Source of the DNA: Chiloscyllium plagiosum
Lineage: Eukaryota
DNA length: 64,000 nucleotides
Assembly: GCF_004010195.1 (NCBI RefSeq)
Contig: NC_057756.1
Coordinates: 3,690,785-3,754,784, forward strand
Direction of reading: 5' to 3'
Made by a program: the position numbers and the translations under genes. Shown here piece by piece: positions 47,266 to 59,439 of this stretch (the stretch's first letter is position 1; every line of letters begins with the position of its first letter). Below the pieces are notes generated by a model. The model saw only the letters and a program-made list of their open reading frames with translations, did not search any database and was not told where the DNA came from.

Positions 47266-47429
47266 TCCGAGGAGAACTTCCTCAACCCAGAAAGTGCTCA
47301 CACTCTCGAATTCAGTGCCATAGCAATAAAGTTTCAACTTTGATCTCCAGCATCTGCAGACCTCACTTTCTCCTCCGAGGAGAACTTCCTCAACCCAGAA
47401 AGTGCTCACACTCTCGAATTCAGTGCCAT
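47214..47429. repeat. Perfect 108-bp tandem duplication
   Basis: 47214-47321 equals 47322-47429 (AGCAATAAAGTTTC...TTCAGTGCCAT). Confidence 0.95.
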
Positions 47430-48075
47430 AGAAGTGGTTGTTGACACTGTGAGAAAGTGTAAAGACCTACTCAGGAGACAGTCATAGATTACGTTTTTCA
47501 GAATTTCCTGGGATACAAAAAAATTTACAATGATCTTTGCAGTCTCCAACGCATTATCCATGCGGATGACCATCTCGAAAATGACTTCACTGTGACTCCA
47601 CTTCTCACCTTTAAACAACCACCAAATCTTAAACAGATAATTGTTCATAGCAAACTGCCCAGCCTTTAGGGCGACATGGAGCCCAACACCCTAAAGACCT
47701 GGCAGGGGAACCACTGCAAGATGTGTCAGAGTTTCGACACGGATACCACCACAACATGTCGAGACTCCACATATCATATACGTGAGAGGTACTCGTGTGG
47801 CACCGCTCACGTTTTCTGTCTCATATGCTGCAGGCAAATTTGCTCTGAGGCATGTTATATTGGCGAATTCAACCCGATGCTACAACAATCTAAGAATAGC
47901 ACGACCAAACAACCACCAAGCAGGGGTTTTCCCGGGAAAACTTCAGCGGTCAGGGACTTTCAGTTTCGGATCTTCAGGTGATCATTCTCCAAGGGGGTCT
48001 TCAGGACAGGCTGCGACGCAAAGTGGTTGAGAAGAGGCTGATTGCCAAGTTCAGTACCCATGAGGATGGTCGCAT
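47430..48075 (+). mobile_element. Older Penelope-like element of a second family (linker, Zn-finger, GIY-YIG)
   Basis: FKQPPNLKQIIVHSKLP, CKMCQ and YSCGTAHVFCLICCRQICSEACYIGE. Confidence 0.82.
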
Positions 48076-48699
48076 TTCAACTATATTGTGCCAAACTTAT
48101 TGTGTATTTTTAGTATAAGTAACGCCAAGGCTAGAGTTCATATCCCACCATAGTCCCTACATTTGGTTTGTAGCTTATGTGCAGAGTTTGAGAGCCAGGG
48201 ATTGAGTTATTTGCAGCAGATTCTAAAACTGACGTGCAGATTTTCAGGTTAAAAAATTCGGTCGTTTTCTTTCATTCATTTTCTTTTTCAATAGTACGGT
48301 AAACTCTGCTGAAATTACAGTATTGATAGAAATGGAAAGGGTTACCAGCCGACAGATTTTGAACAGTGAGGAGCAAAAACAATACAGAAGAATCAAGGTA
48401 ATGACATGGGATTAGTGTAAGAACCAGGGGGACAACTGGCTCAGGATAAGTAGTATAAACAAGTTCATTGAGTGACCAAAAGATTAGTGCAGGATCAGTA
48501 GTGTTTACTTCATGTGGCATTGCAACTCGTAATTGGGTCGAAAAGAGTCATTTTGAACAGACAGTATAGGAAGAAAAGGCTTTTTTATTTGGAAAGCGTG
48601 TGATGGGCTTAGACAGGACGATATCCAAACTTAGAAAGCAAGAAGGTTGGTAGGAATGCAGAGCAACGATTTTGATAATGTTAATTAGACTGGGACGTG

Positions 48700-48826
48700 A
48701 AGAGACTGCACAAGGGTCGGGAGATAGCGCACACTCCACACAGTCGGTCGGCGGAGGATGGAATCATACCTGAGTGCCTGGCACACTGAGGTAGCAATGC
48801 TGACCAGTGAGCCACCGTGCCGACCC
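48700..48826 (-). mobile_element. V-SINE 5' head fragment
   Basis: Reverse complement GGGTCGGCACGGTGGCTCACTGGTCAGCATTGCTACCTCAG..CTGTGTGGAGTGTGC. Confidence 0.75.
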
Positions 48827-48869
48827 TTGTACAACCTGTTCCGACGAGCTCCACAAAGTTGTAACATAT

Positions 48870-50130
48870 CAAACTTACAAAGATTAAAGTACACCTTACT
48901 CGGCCCAGTTATTCATCAATCCAAGGTATATTTGTACTCTGAGAGTATCTTCTCACCTGTCCAATGCACAAAGAATTTTGATGTGAATCTGCAAACTTCC
49001 TGAACAATCTCCCATATTCACATTCAAATTATCATTATCAATAACGAAACGCAATGTATCCAGCAACGATCCATGTGAGACATTCCTTGTGACACAATGC
49101 CAACGTCCTCCACCACCAGATTCGGTCTCCAAGTTGTGCCAATTGTATGTCTTAAGAGCTAATTCTCCCATGTGATTTAAACTTGTTAGCCAAGTTGACA
49201 TGTGGAGCCTCGTTGCAAGTCTTACTGAAGTCCATATAGACATCTCCACTCAGCCTTCTTTGTCACACTTAAGAAAAAAACTCAATTAAGTTAGCGAGAC
49301 GCGATTTTCCCGTACAAAGCCAAGTTCACTATTCCGAATCCGTCATTTTCTTTTCAAATACGTGTAATTCCGATCCGTCAGAAAGCCTTCCAACAAATCA
49401 CACACCACTGATGTCAGCATCACCGGTCTATGGTTCCTTGGATTTTTCTGAAGACCCTTCTGAAACAATCTCAAACCATTAGCCAACCTCCAAGCTTCCT
49501 GCACCTTACAAATTTCTACGATGATGCAAAACTCTCAGCAGTGGTATTGCAATCACTTCCCCAGTATTTCCTAAATCCTAGCATGCCCTTGGTCCATTCT
49601 GGGTATTTCGTCACTTATTCTTTTGCATGTTATGACGTCCAATACATCCTTCTTTGTAATATGGACACAATATTGTAATAGTAATATATATATCCTCAAG
49701 TTCTCCAGCAGCAATATCCATCTCCACATTTTACACTAATGCAAAACGCTCATTTAGTATCTCTATCATCTCTTGCGATTCCACACTTAGACAGCTTGCT
49801 AATCTTATTATCTTCCGTTCTGCTCTTTAACCCCTCATGTATTCGTAGACACCCTTTGGATTCTCCTGAACCCCACTTGTCAAAACTATCTCATGACCTC
49901 TTTTTCCCTCCTGATATACTTCTACTACTCTGATACTCCTGTTAGTGTTTGCCCGGTTCCTGCTATATATATCCCACATATTGGTACCACAGTGTATCTC
50001 GTCATTCAGCATTGCCTCTATCTACCATCGTCGTTCTTCAACCTAACTGTCTCTGAAATCCTGTCGTGTTATGTCTGAAGGCTTACCATTTCCCAGGCCT
50101 GTCTGTACATCTGCAAAAATCTATCTCCAG
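48870..50130 (-). mobile_element. Decayed CR1 ORF2 fragment
   Basis: KRGHEIVL..QENPKGVYEY (49827-50012) and NVSHGSLLDTLRFVI (48953-49249). Confidence 0.75.
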
Positions 50131-50134
50131 TCAG

Positions 50135-51420
50135 AGACAGGAACACCATGCATTTGTAAAGACAAAGACTGATTAGGTATCGTTAGCATGCATTTGTATT
50201 TGAGTCCGAAATGATTTCTCAAACATTTGATGGAATCTTTTGAACAGATGCACATAATATGGTGGACGTAGTCCACAAGTAATTAAGCAAAAGTTCTGGT
50301 AATGTTCCGTGTGGTAGACTGTTTAATATGCTTGGGCAAATGGAAGTCAGAGAGAGCTAGACAATTAATAATACACACGGCTTGACGGCCAGAGACGGAG
50401 TTTTTGGGAAAGGGCGGTTTTTAAGATTACCAACCAGTGACCAGCACTGCGTCACAAAGATCAATGACAGTTCACTGTTGGTCATCATTTATATTTTGAA
50501 TTGGAACACAGGAGATATGGTTAGTAGTTTTAAGAAACTCATCGAAACGGTTTGTATCGTGGTGAATGAAGTTACCTATCTCAGTGCACAACGGGATCTT
50601 GTTTACCTGGGGCAGCAGTCTAAGGATCAGCAGAATGAGATGGATGCAGTTGTTGTGTTTTGGTAAGGTAAACTGCGGTATGACGTACAGAGGTAATGGT
50701 AAGGACATGGGAACTCTTGTCGAACAACAACACCTCAGGGTGCATGAGCATAGTTCCGTGAAATTGGCATCAAAGGTAACCGGGTAAATGAAGAAGGATT
50801 TTTCTGCGCTAGTAGGCGTTGTTCAGTTTTATATACAGGAGTTAGGATTTCGTGTTAAAGCTGTAATGGATATTGATAATCCTGGGTTTGCTGTACTACC
50901 ACATCTAGTTGTGCTGATTTAGAAAGGTTGGTATTAAAATGGAAATGGTGGGAAAAAAAAAACTAGACGTGGAAGCATCTTGCCGAGACTGGACATTTTA
51001 TGTAAAATGGAGAGGCTGCAAAATCTAGGATTTGTTTTCTCCCTGGAGTGCAGGAGGCTGAGGTGGATCTTATAGATTTTTATGAAATCAAGAGAAGTAT
51101 ACATAAGGTGAATAACGGAGGTTACTTCCCGACGATAAGAGGTTTCAATAACAAGATGGCAAAGGATAGATTTGAGAGGGGAAAAAATTCTGAGCGGCAA
51201 CTGTTTTACACAGAGAATGGCAGACACATGGAATTATCTGCAGCAGACTTGGTGCAAATGCTCCCATTTCCAAAATTGAAGACATTTCCACAGGTCCAAT
51301 GTAAGCAACGCTTGGGAAGTATATGGGACCAAAATGCGAGTTGGATTAGTTCAGGTTGGAAACAGAGTCAGCATGATGAGTTGTGCCTGTTTCTGTGCTG
51401 GATGCTTTGATATGTCTCAG
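50135..51420 (+). mobile_element. Decayed CR1 RT and 3' end
   Basis: RT-like VTSTASQRS..SLLVIIYI, GAGTGCAGGAGGCTGAGGTGGATCTTATAGA and a 3' UTR GCCTGTTTCTGTGCTG. Confidence 0.72.
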
Positions 51421-51847
51421 ACACTGTGACAGAGTTTTCTTATCTTCTCCATGTACTTTCTATAATCTATGTCTGTTTTAGTTCATGTTTTTCTTTACAG
51501 TTATTGAGTTATGGGATAGGCTAGCGAATCCTGGACCCATTGAATTCCCTCTCAGAAACGATCAATTATGAAATATTTCCATTATGAAAATAATCTGAAC
51601 AGGAATTATCTAACCCTTGAATTTGAAAAAGCTACTTTTCCGAAACCTGATTTATCATAAATCACAAAGTGTTCCACGCACTTCATGCAAAGTATATGGA
51701 AGTACTCATAATGCAAATTTGCTACAATCAACTTGAAAGTTCTATTCTATTTCTGAGTAATGATTCAGTATAAACTTGTAAACTTTCTGACATTTCAAAT
51801 TCTGCAAAAACAAAAAAAGATTTCATATCTCAAGATGTAAACTGAGA

Positions 51848-54800
51848 GTAAATGCTGTGGATTTAAGAGATGTGGTTTTTGTTGCTTTCTTTTAAAGAGA
51901 GATTGCATGAGAAGTAACGATCAGTCTGTGGTATTGGAAACAGTGAGTGAGGTCCTCTTCTGCTTAAAGTTGGAGAAATAGAAGCAACCTCGTTGGATGT
52001 GACAAGCTCTCGCAGACCAGAATTTCTAAGGTTTTTATCAGCTCTTAAATTCAGACTGAAGTTGTTGCAGTCTCTCAAAAGTAAAAGCTATTTGTCCACT
52101 CTCTCACTTATTGTTAGACACTGCTGTTTCTGTTCTTTCTGACAGAATTGCATGTGAGAAAATAAGCTTTCTGATTTCGCACTTTTAGCAAGGGAGATGG
52201 CTATGTGATATTCCTTATTCGTTCTGTTATTTAGTCATAGTTATTGTATCTATATTTTTGTATTTTTTTCGATTGAATTGTTTAAAGTTTTTTTTTGTTT
52301 AAAGTTGAATTTTAACGTTAGTGTATGAAACAAAATCCTTTGCTTAACACCGAACAATTTGTCCTGTTGAATTGTATTGAAGCATAGCAATCTTAAGAAA
52401 AATGGAAAATGGTCAGATTGAGGCCATGTGCTTCACATATTTAAGGGAGCATGTTCTGGATCATAACAAACAATGGATTCGTGTATGGATGAAAACTTAT
52501 AATTCCAGGATGGTTTCAGGATTCTTGGATTTATAGGCAGTGAATAATAAGCATTAGCATCTTTTGATTTGAGTAGTGAATTCGGTTGGTTTAAACACGA
52601 CGTGCTTTGTGTTGTCATCGACGTTTCAGTCACGATGATACTTTGGATTGGAAGGAGTAGTGTCGGGAGTTTTATAGAAAGTAACCTTTTTGAATTAGCC
52701 GACCAGCTGGAGTTTGGGTTGTTAATGTCCATGTTAAATTACTGCAGCCATATCTCGAAATTTGCATATTCCAGAATCGCCATCAGAATCTTAAGAAAGT
52801 ATTAAAATTCAGTTGCAAATGAAGCGGCTTTAGTTAGTGGCAAAGACAAAGGAAAGAATGCCCATGGCAGAAATAGAAAGGAGAAGGAGACGAGGGGCCA
52901 ATCAGAAGAATGGAAGAAATAAAAAAGAATCAAGAACAGAAAGAGAGAGAGAGAAACTTTACACTTCAGAATTTGACGCTTCGAGGCGAAAGTCAAGTTA
53001 AACGTGCAGACATTAAAGTAGAAAAGCAATAGTAGTGAGCAAAAAGACCGTAGCTAAAAGCCAACCGGGCATATGTTTAAATAAATTCAGGTATTGCCGA
53101 AGTTCGACGAGAAGAACTTAGAAGCCTTTTCATTTCATTTGAAAAAAATCGCTCAACAAATTAAATAGCTCGAAACTGTTTCTGCATTGTCTATCCAAAC
53201 ATAATTGATAGATAGTGTTCGTGAAGTATTTTCATAACTACCAGAACAGGTATCTTTGTCAGTATAATGAGGTTAAAAATGCCGTTGGATTGCAAATGGG
53301 CTAGTGCCAGAACCCTATATACAATGTTGCAGGAATGTGAAGTTGAACCTTCAAATGTACACTGGGATTGAAAGCATCAAACAAAGCATTTTTGATAGGT
53401 GGGTTAACACATTGGAAGGAAAACAAGCATACGACACTCTTAGAGAGAAGATTATTTCAGACGAGTTCAAATATTCGTTTCCTGAAGAAGTACGAATTCA
53501 TGTGCAAGAAGAGCAACTTAAAGCTGCAAGATTAGCAGCAAGTACAATTGATGATTATGAATTGATTCATGGATCGAATTCTGTTTCCCGGCTTCAAATT
53601 CAATCTGTAAGCGATAGCAATTCGAGAAAAGAGAAATGATCAGGAGATCATGAAAAGGAGATCTCATTGAGGATTGCAACAACAGTTTTGCACAGGGTAA
53701 GTCAGTTTTTTTTTGCGTCTATATGATAAAAGTCAGTTGAGGGAATCTAAACAGCTACAAAAGATTGTATATCTGGTCAGAGGTTGTTATTGAGGATTGC
53801 AACAACAGTTTTGCACAGGGTAAGTCAGTTTTTTTTGCGTCTATATGATAAAAGTCAGTTGAGGGAATCTAAACAGCTACAAAAGATTGTATACCTGGTC
53901 AGAGGTTGTTTGAGAAGGAAGTGCCATATCTCTTTAAACAAATCATTTGCTGGGATGATGTTTACTCATACATGTTAGAAGGTGCAGGTAAGGGATTTTA
54001 CGAGGTAATGGATCTTGTCAATTTTTGATGGTGAGATAAGATAATTCATTCAGAAACAGCTTTACCAGAAAAGGAGTGGTAATACATTGTATTCCATTTT
54101 ATAAATAAAGTTGGAGTCCTGTGAAAAGTGGAGATTTGGTGGTAAGAGTAGTTGAAGGTATGCATTTTGTCTTTGGGAATGATATTACTTGATCACATTT
54201 AGGAGTGATGCTTACTGCATGTGAAAACCAGAGTAAAATCAGACAGCTGAGGTATGACATCGATTCTATCCTGGGATATTTCCTGACTGGTGACAATGTG
54301 TTTATGTCACAGGTTGAAGCAAGAGAGGAAATCAAAGAATGAAGATAATGAAGTTGAAGCACAATTATTGACACGAAATTTCATCAAATTATTGAAGGAG
54401 AACATTAACAGTCGAGGACAAAATTAATGTTTTTAGTTTAAATACATTAATTGAATTTCAAAGGAAAAAATAAATAAAAAAACATAAGCAGCTGAATCAA
54501 AAGCGGACACAGAAGAAGAATCTCAGCGTATTCCAGAATATTATTTGTTTAAAAAGTGACGTCTTGATGAGGGAAAGCTTTAGCTATTAGTTATAGAAAA
54601 TAGATGTTGCAGGTAATCCATGAATTCCAAGAAGATTTCAAAATTTAATGAGGAAAACTCAAGATAAAATGGGGAAACATTTTTATTGGTCTGAACTGCA
54701 CACGGATGTATTTGAATTTGCCAGGCGTGTTACACGTCTCACGTCAATGGAAAATTTCAAGCAGTGAAAAAAAACAGCACCCTTATTGTGCATTCCAGAA

Positions 54801-57800
54801 TTTGAGGAAACTATTGCAAGGGTGTGTGCTGATTAGCAATCTAAAAGTAGAAATCAGTATTGCTGACCAAGATGGGTGTGTCTTACAGACTGAACACTTC
54901 CATTCCATTATGACATACCACAGTTAAACGGATTGTAGAGGAATTAGTAAATTCTCATGTATACACGGACTGCCTACAGAGGTAATGCTTGAAAAACATA
55001 TTCGAAGAAATTTGGAACAGCGTGATAATGAAATAGCTCAAATCCAGAATGCATTATCCAGAATCGCGTGGAGCATTCAAAATGATTGCTTCAAAATTTG
55101 AAGATCAGATTAAGGACTTATAGTGACGTAAACCCAAAGCATGGGCATGAAGCAAATTGATATGTGCAGTTTACAATGAGTAATGCATTTGAAAAAGCTA
55201 CCAAATTCTGTCCAGTTGACTTACTGTTTGAGCACGAGGTGGGAGGGACATTGAAATTCATCAAGATGAGTTAGAGTTCAGAGACAACATATTTGGCTGA
55301 TGTCTTAACTCTTACGGAAAGATTAAATAGAGCTTGCGAGTGTAAAAGGAGAACAGAATCTGATGAATTAGGATGCAAGTAGTCAATCAAAATATTGCAA
55401 TTTTACTCTGGGACATAAATTGTTACTAGTGCTTAAAGTGGATAGAGAAACGTTAAAATCAAGATTTAGTGGGACTTGTCAAATGGAAACGAAATTGAGT
55501 GGTGAATTATCTTATAATACACCAGATATTAATATGATTGACAGGTAATTGGAAATGGAAGGGAAACAAAAGAAAAAGAGATTGTGTTAATGGGGAGAAC
55601 AACTTTGAGGTGGTTCTCAATTGACCGTTCGTCAAATTGAATTGCAAAAATATGAAAGATGGCTTTAATTGGAATAAATCGTTGGGTTACTTTCCAGGGG
55701 AAAATGGAAATGACCTAGAAGCGTTAACATAATCGTATGGGCAGAAATATGGTTACTTTCAAAACAACTAATCGAATTATGCGCCGTCTAGAGATAGGAA
55801 CGCCTGTTCTATTTAAGCCAAATATTGACAAACTTAACCCTGTGAAGTTGGCATAGAATCAAAATGAGATTGAACAAATGTTCAACGACATTATATTTGA
55901 AGCGAGTTACAGTTGTTGGACGTCAGCCATACTCATGGTGCCAAAGTCACACATTAATCAACAATTTTGTGTGGACCTTTGTAAGGTCATTACAGTTACA
56001 GGGTCTGATTAATATCATATCCTAGGTGTGGAAGACGGCATTGATAGGTGGAAGAAACAACGCATATTTGGAATTTAGAATTACACCAAACATATCAGCA
56101 GGCACCTTAATCAATAAGAGCGAAGACAAGTTTGGCTTTAATGTTACTGAATGCACCACTTTTCAGTCATGTCATCTGGTACTAAAAATGCACCAGTTAC
56201 ATTTGTAACACTAACCACCAAATTATTGTTGGATTATCAATTTTTGTGTTTTGCATCGACGACCTGAGGATTTTTAGTCACAGAGTGGAAGGGGTAGTTG
56301 CAGAATCTATGAAAAATTATCAAATAATTTCTGGGAGTAGGCTTGGAGACAAACAAAGCAAAAAGTGTCTATACGAAATTCCAAATCATGTTCCTGTGCG
56401 TGTTTTGGATGTGGACTGATGACAGCGTGGGACGTCAAAACAAAAGATACTGGAAATTTTACATACAATCGATGAAGAATGCAGTCCTACGTTTCCTGAA
56501 ATCAAGAGTTTTTTTGCCTGGAGATCTCTATTTTTTAGCAGTTTAGTGTCATCATTGACTGACGTATAGAAGACGTTCAGAAATTATCAGTGAATGGCAG
56601 ACTGTCAGAAAGCATTTGGAAGTGTGAACGTTCTGTTAACCATTCCCCAGTTATGCAAACTGCCCCTCGCTTAATTAGGAAAATACATTTAAGGTGAGTA
56701 TCAAAGCGAATAATGTTGGTTTTGGTGCTGCATACTTAGAAAAAGGGAACAAGAAGATGGAATAGCTTGCCCGATTTTTTCTACCAGAAAGTTCAATGAT
56801 CAACAAAAGCACTATTCCGCTATTGAAGGAAAACATATTTGTTTTCATTTTAGAATTCCATTGTTTATGTTGTCAGCAATGTCTCTGATTACATATACTA
56901 ATTATAACCTTTAAGTATTTTGGAAATATTGAAAGTAAAAAAGAACATCAAACTGTGTCAATGAGCTTATTATTTCAGCTATTAAATTCAAATATTATTT
57001 ACGCGGCAGGACAAGCGAACGTAATTGTTCACAAATTACCGCAACTTTGATGAAGAAAAATGAAGGTGGTCAGTGGAGGGAAGAAACAGACAAAAATAGC
57101 CAATCTTAATGAATATTTGGATGCTGAAAATCAAAGTATTGAATATGTTTTGCTGTGTAGTACTAGCGTGAGAACAAGTCTTTTTATAACTAGTGTCATC
57201 TTTGTATATTGATGTTTTTTTCAGCGGAAGATGTGATGTTGGCTTGATTTAAAGCTGTTAATCGGTGCTGATTTCTTTAAACAGATATATTGAGCGAGGA
57301 TGGAGGAACAGTCTGCAATAATGTCAACAGATTGTGAGGTCGTGGATTATTTTATGATTGCAACAATTAAATCAGTTTTGACTGGTGTGACCACCTGACA
57401 CAGACCAGGCTTTTTCTGGGTTTTTTTGGCTGCTACAAGAAGGATGTTGGAGATTTGAAGAAGCAGAAGCTACATTTCCCTCTTACGGTTAAGGCTGGAA
57501 ATATTAGTTTATATTTCTACTGCTGGAGTTCCATGTATCCAAATAGATTTCTAAATTTGGAATTTTGTCGAGGGGTGTGTTTATGGAATATTACTTGAAT
57601 GTAAACAGTTCATTTGTAATAGCTACTGTACCTATTAATCTGCTGCATATCTTGTGTTATATTCTAATGTTTTGAGTTTGAATAAATTGTGTTTTACATA
57701 ATATGAAGTCGTTTGACTAGTCGAATTCCATCTGCAAAGCGAGGGTTTAGAGTTGACTTTCAAAGTTTAAAAAATTAGGATTTAGGCGCCCTTCTTATTG

Positions 57801-57830
57801 CATTTTGAGAGAGTCTGATCTGGTATGAGT
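51848..57830 (+). mobile_element. Near full-length Gmr1-like Gypsy LTR retrotransposon (LTR-gag-PR-IN-RT-RH-LTR), decayed
   Basis: 5' LTR about 51848-52468 ending CATAACA; SCAN-like gag FDRW..YDTLREKIISDEFKYSFPEEVRIHV (53304-53639). Integrase KHFYW..APLLCIPEFEE (54675-54810), HYPESRGA and LLFEHEVGG. RT WTSAILMVPK and FCIDDLRIFS (about 55915-56280); RNase H FKVSIKANNVGFGA (about 56690). 3' LTR from 57232 (TGTGATG). Confidence 0.85.
53666..53910. repeat. Near-perfect tandem duplication of about 123 bp
   Basis: 53666-53788 and 53789-53910 differ by one T in a T-run and one substitution. Confidence 0.95.
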
Positions 57831-57899
57831 ACTTGTTTATGTATAACAATGTATTCCCTGCTTATCAATTTATTTCTCTTTGGGTTTTTCAGTGTCTCT

Positions 57900-59233
57900 T
57901 CAGTTCAATGGAGCATCGCAGAAAATAGTGGCCGTTTGTTTTAAGGACATCTGCACAATGTTACTTGTGGTAGCTTGTCTAAGTAATCACTATTAGACAA
58001 CTTAGGCCGCTCTGTTTAAAACCTCCACAAGATGTTTGCATTTCTTTTCAATCTCAGTGTAAATTTCAGACGACAAATGTGAAAAGCAGCATATCCACAG
58101 CATCTACTTGTCTTCCCACAGATCTGAAACATTTCAAGGAAGGTAAATCTCGAAATAAGTCTTCAGTGCTCAAGGCATTATGCGTCAAATGCAATCCACG
58201 TTTTGAAAAACAAAATCCATACTGCAAATAAAATGTCAAAACAGTTTCAAAGGGAGAAAAGTACTGAAATGATAAAAATCCCCTATCCGTCGCTGCTGAT
58301 TTCTGTGACATGTGTGCGTATGCTCCTGACCCAATGTATGGTGCCAGTAATATGTATGAGCTCATGTGTTTGTCCAAGGAAATTTGCGAGACAGGGAAAT
58401 TCAGAGGATTATATATAGAGGGCAGCATTTACTAGAGAAACAGTACGAATATGAATCATCGACAGTCCAAGAACCAAATAGTGAAAGTTCATTTTTTTAT
58501 GACACCCTGCAGAGGTACACACGCAAACATATCATTGACTGATTTGCGAAAGATACATGTACGTTGGTGGCTGGTATTATTGTTTTTCATGCAACACAGT
58601 TCACGAATGAAAGCATTGATATGTCCTCCACTGTTTTTAATCTAGAACAAACTGGCAACATATGTACGCTCCATAGAATGAGGCATCATACTGCTCTTCT
58701 GTTTTGTGTTTTTTTTTCAAATTGATGGATCCACAATGAAGCATCGTAAAATGGCAAAGTAATTTAATTGCAAAGTATATTTCATGGTTGTAATATTCAA
58801 CTAGGTCATTATACATCTGAAATTTTGTAAAATTGTTTGTGTTTATATTGCTCCTGACAGTTTCACAACTACTAGGAAACAGTAAGTGTGTCCAGAATAT
58901 ATTTTTACGTCTATTGGAGATTCGTGGGATATATTGATAATAGTGTGAATGGTCGTGATGCTTCGAAATCATTTTACTCCTTTGGAAAGTATTCAGAAGA
59001 ACATGCGAATAAGTTGAAAATTTAAATGTAGTTGTACTGCTGAAAACATTTTTAAAAGTTGTAATAACTTTAAAACGTTTCGATATTGCTTTATATGCGC
59101 ATTGTCCACATTTGCTGATTCTGGAATTCATATTTCCCATCTTCTTAAAAAAACTACCATTTAGTTGTAAAATCTACGTTCCAGCCGTGACCTGGAGGAC
59201 AATGGGGCTGTGTTAAGCTGACACTCGCTAGAC
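57900..59233 (-). pseudogene. Candidate large decayed exon of an unidentified gene
   Basis: Strong acceptor TTTTCTTTTTCTTTCTTAG|G at 59233. A 178-codon stop-free frame (59173-58640) and a 120-codon frame (58428-58066, different frame) in AT-rich DNA with no recognisable repeat homology. Confidence 0.35.
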
Positions 59234-59439
59234 CTAAGAAAGAAAAAGAAAAATATTGTTGCTGCAGCCTGGCACGGCAGCATAATTGTGTTATTGAAGT
59301 GATTATTCTTGGTAATGAGTGAAACGAAAAGAGGAATTGTAGTTTACTTTTGCTGAAGCAGAGTAATTATGAGACTTTGAAATTTTAACAATGACAATAT
59401 TGGGAAGGCTTACGCGAATCATACAGACCAAGGTATCAA

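Noticed and set aside
47187..47444. ORFs with repeated peptides (also 46924-47409)
   Set aside because: Produced by the 108-bp in-frame tandem duplication of non-coding repeat sequence.
53304..53639. SCAN-domain zinc-finger host gene
   Set aside because: It lies between an LTR and pol remnants and has no C2H2 array. It is retrotransposon gag.
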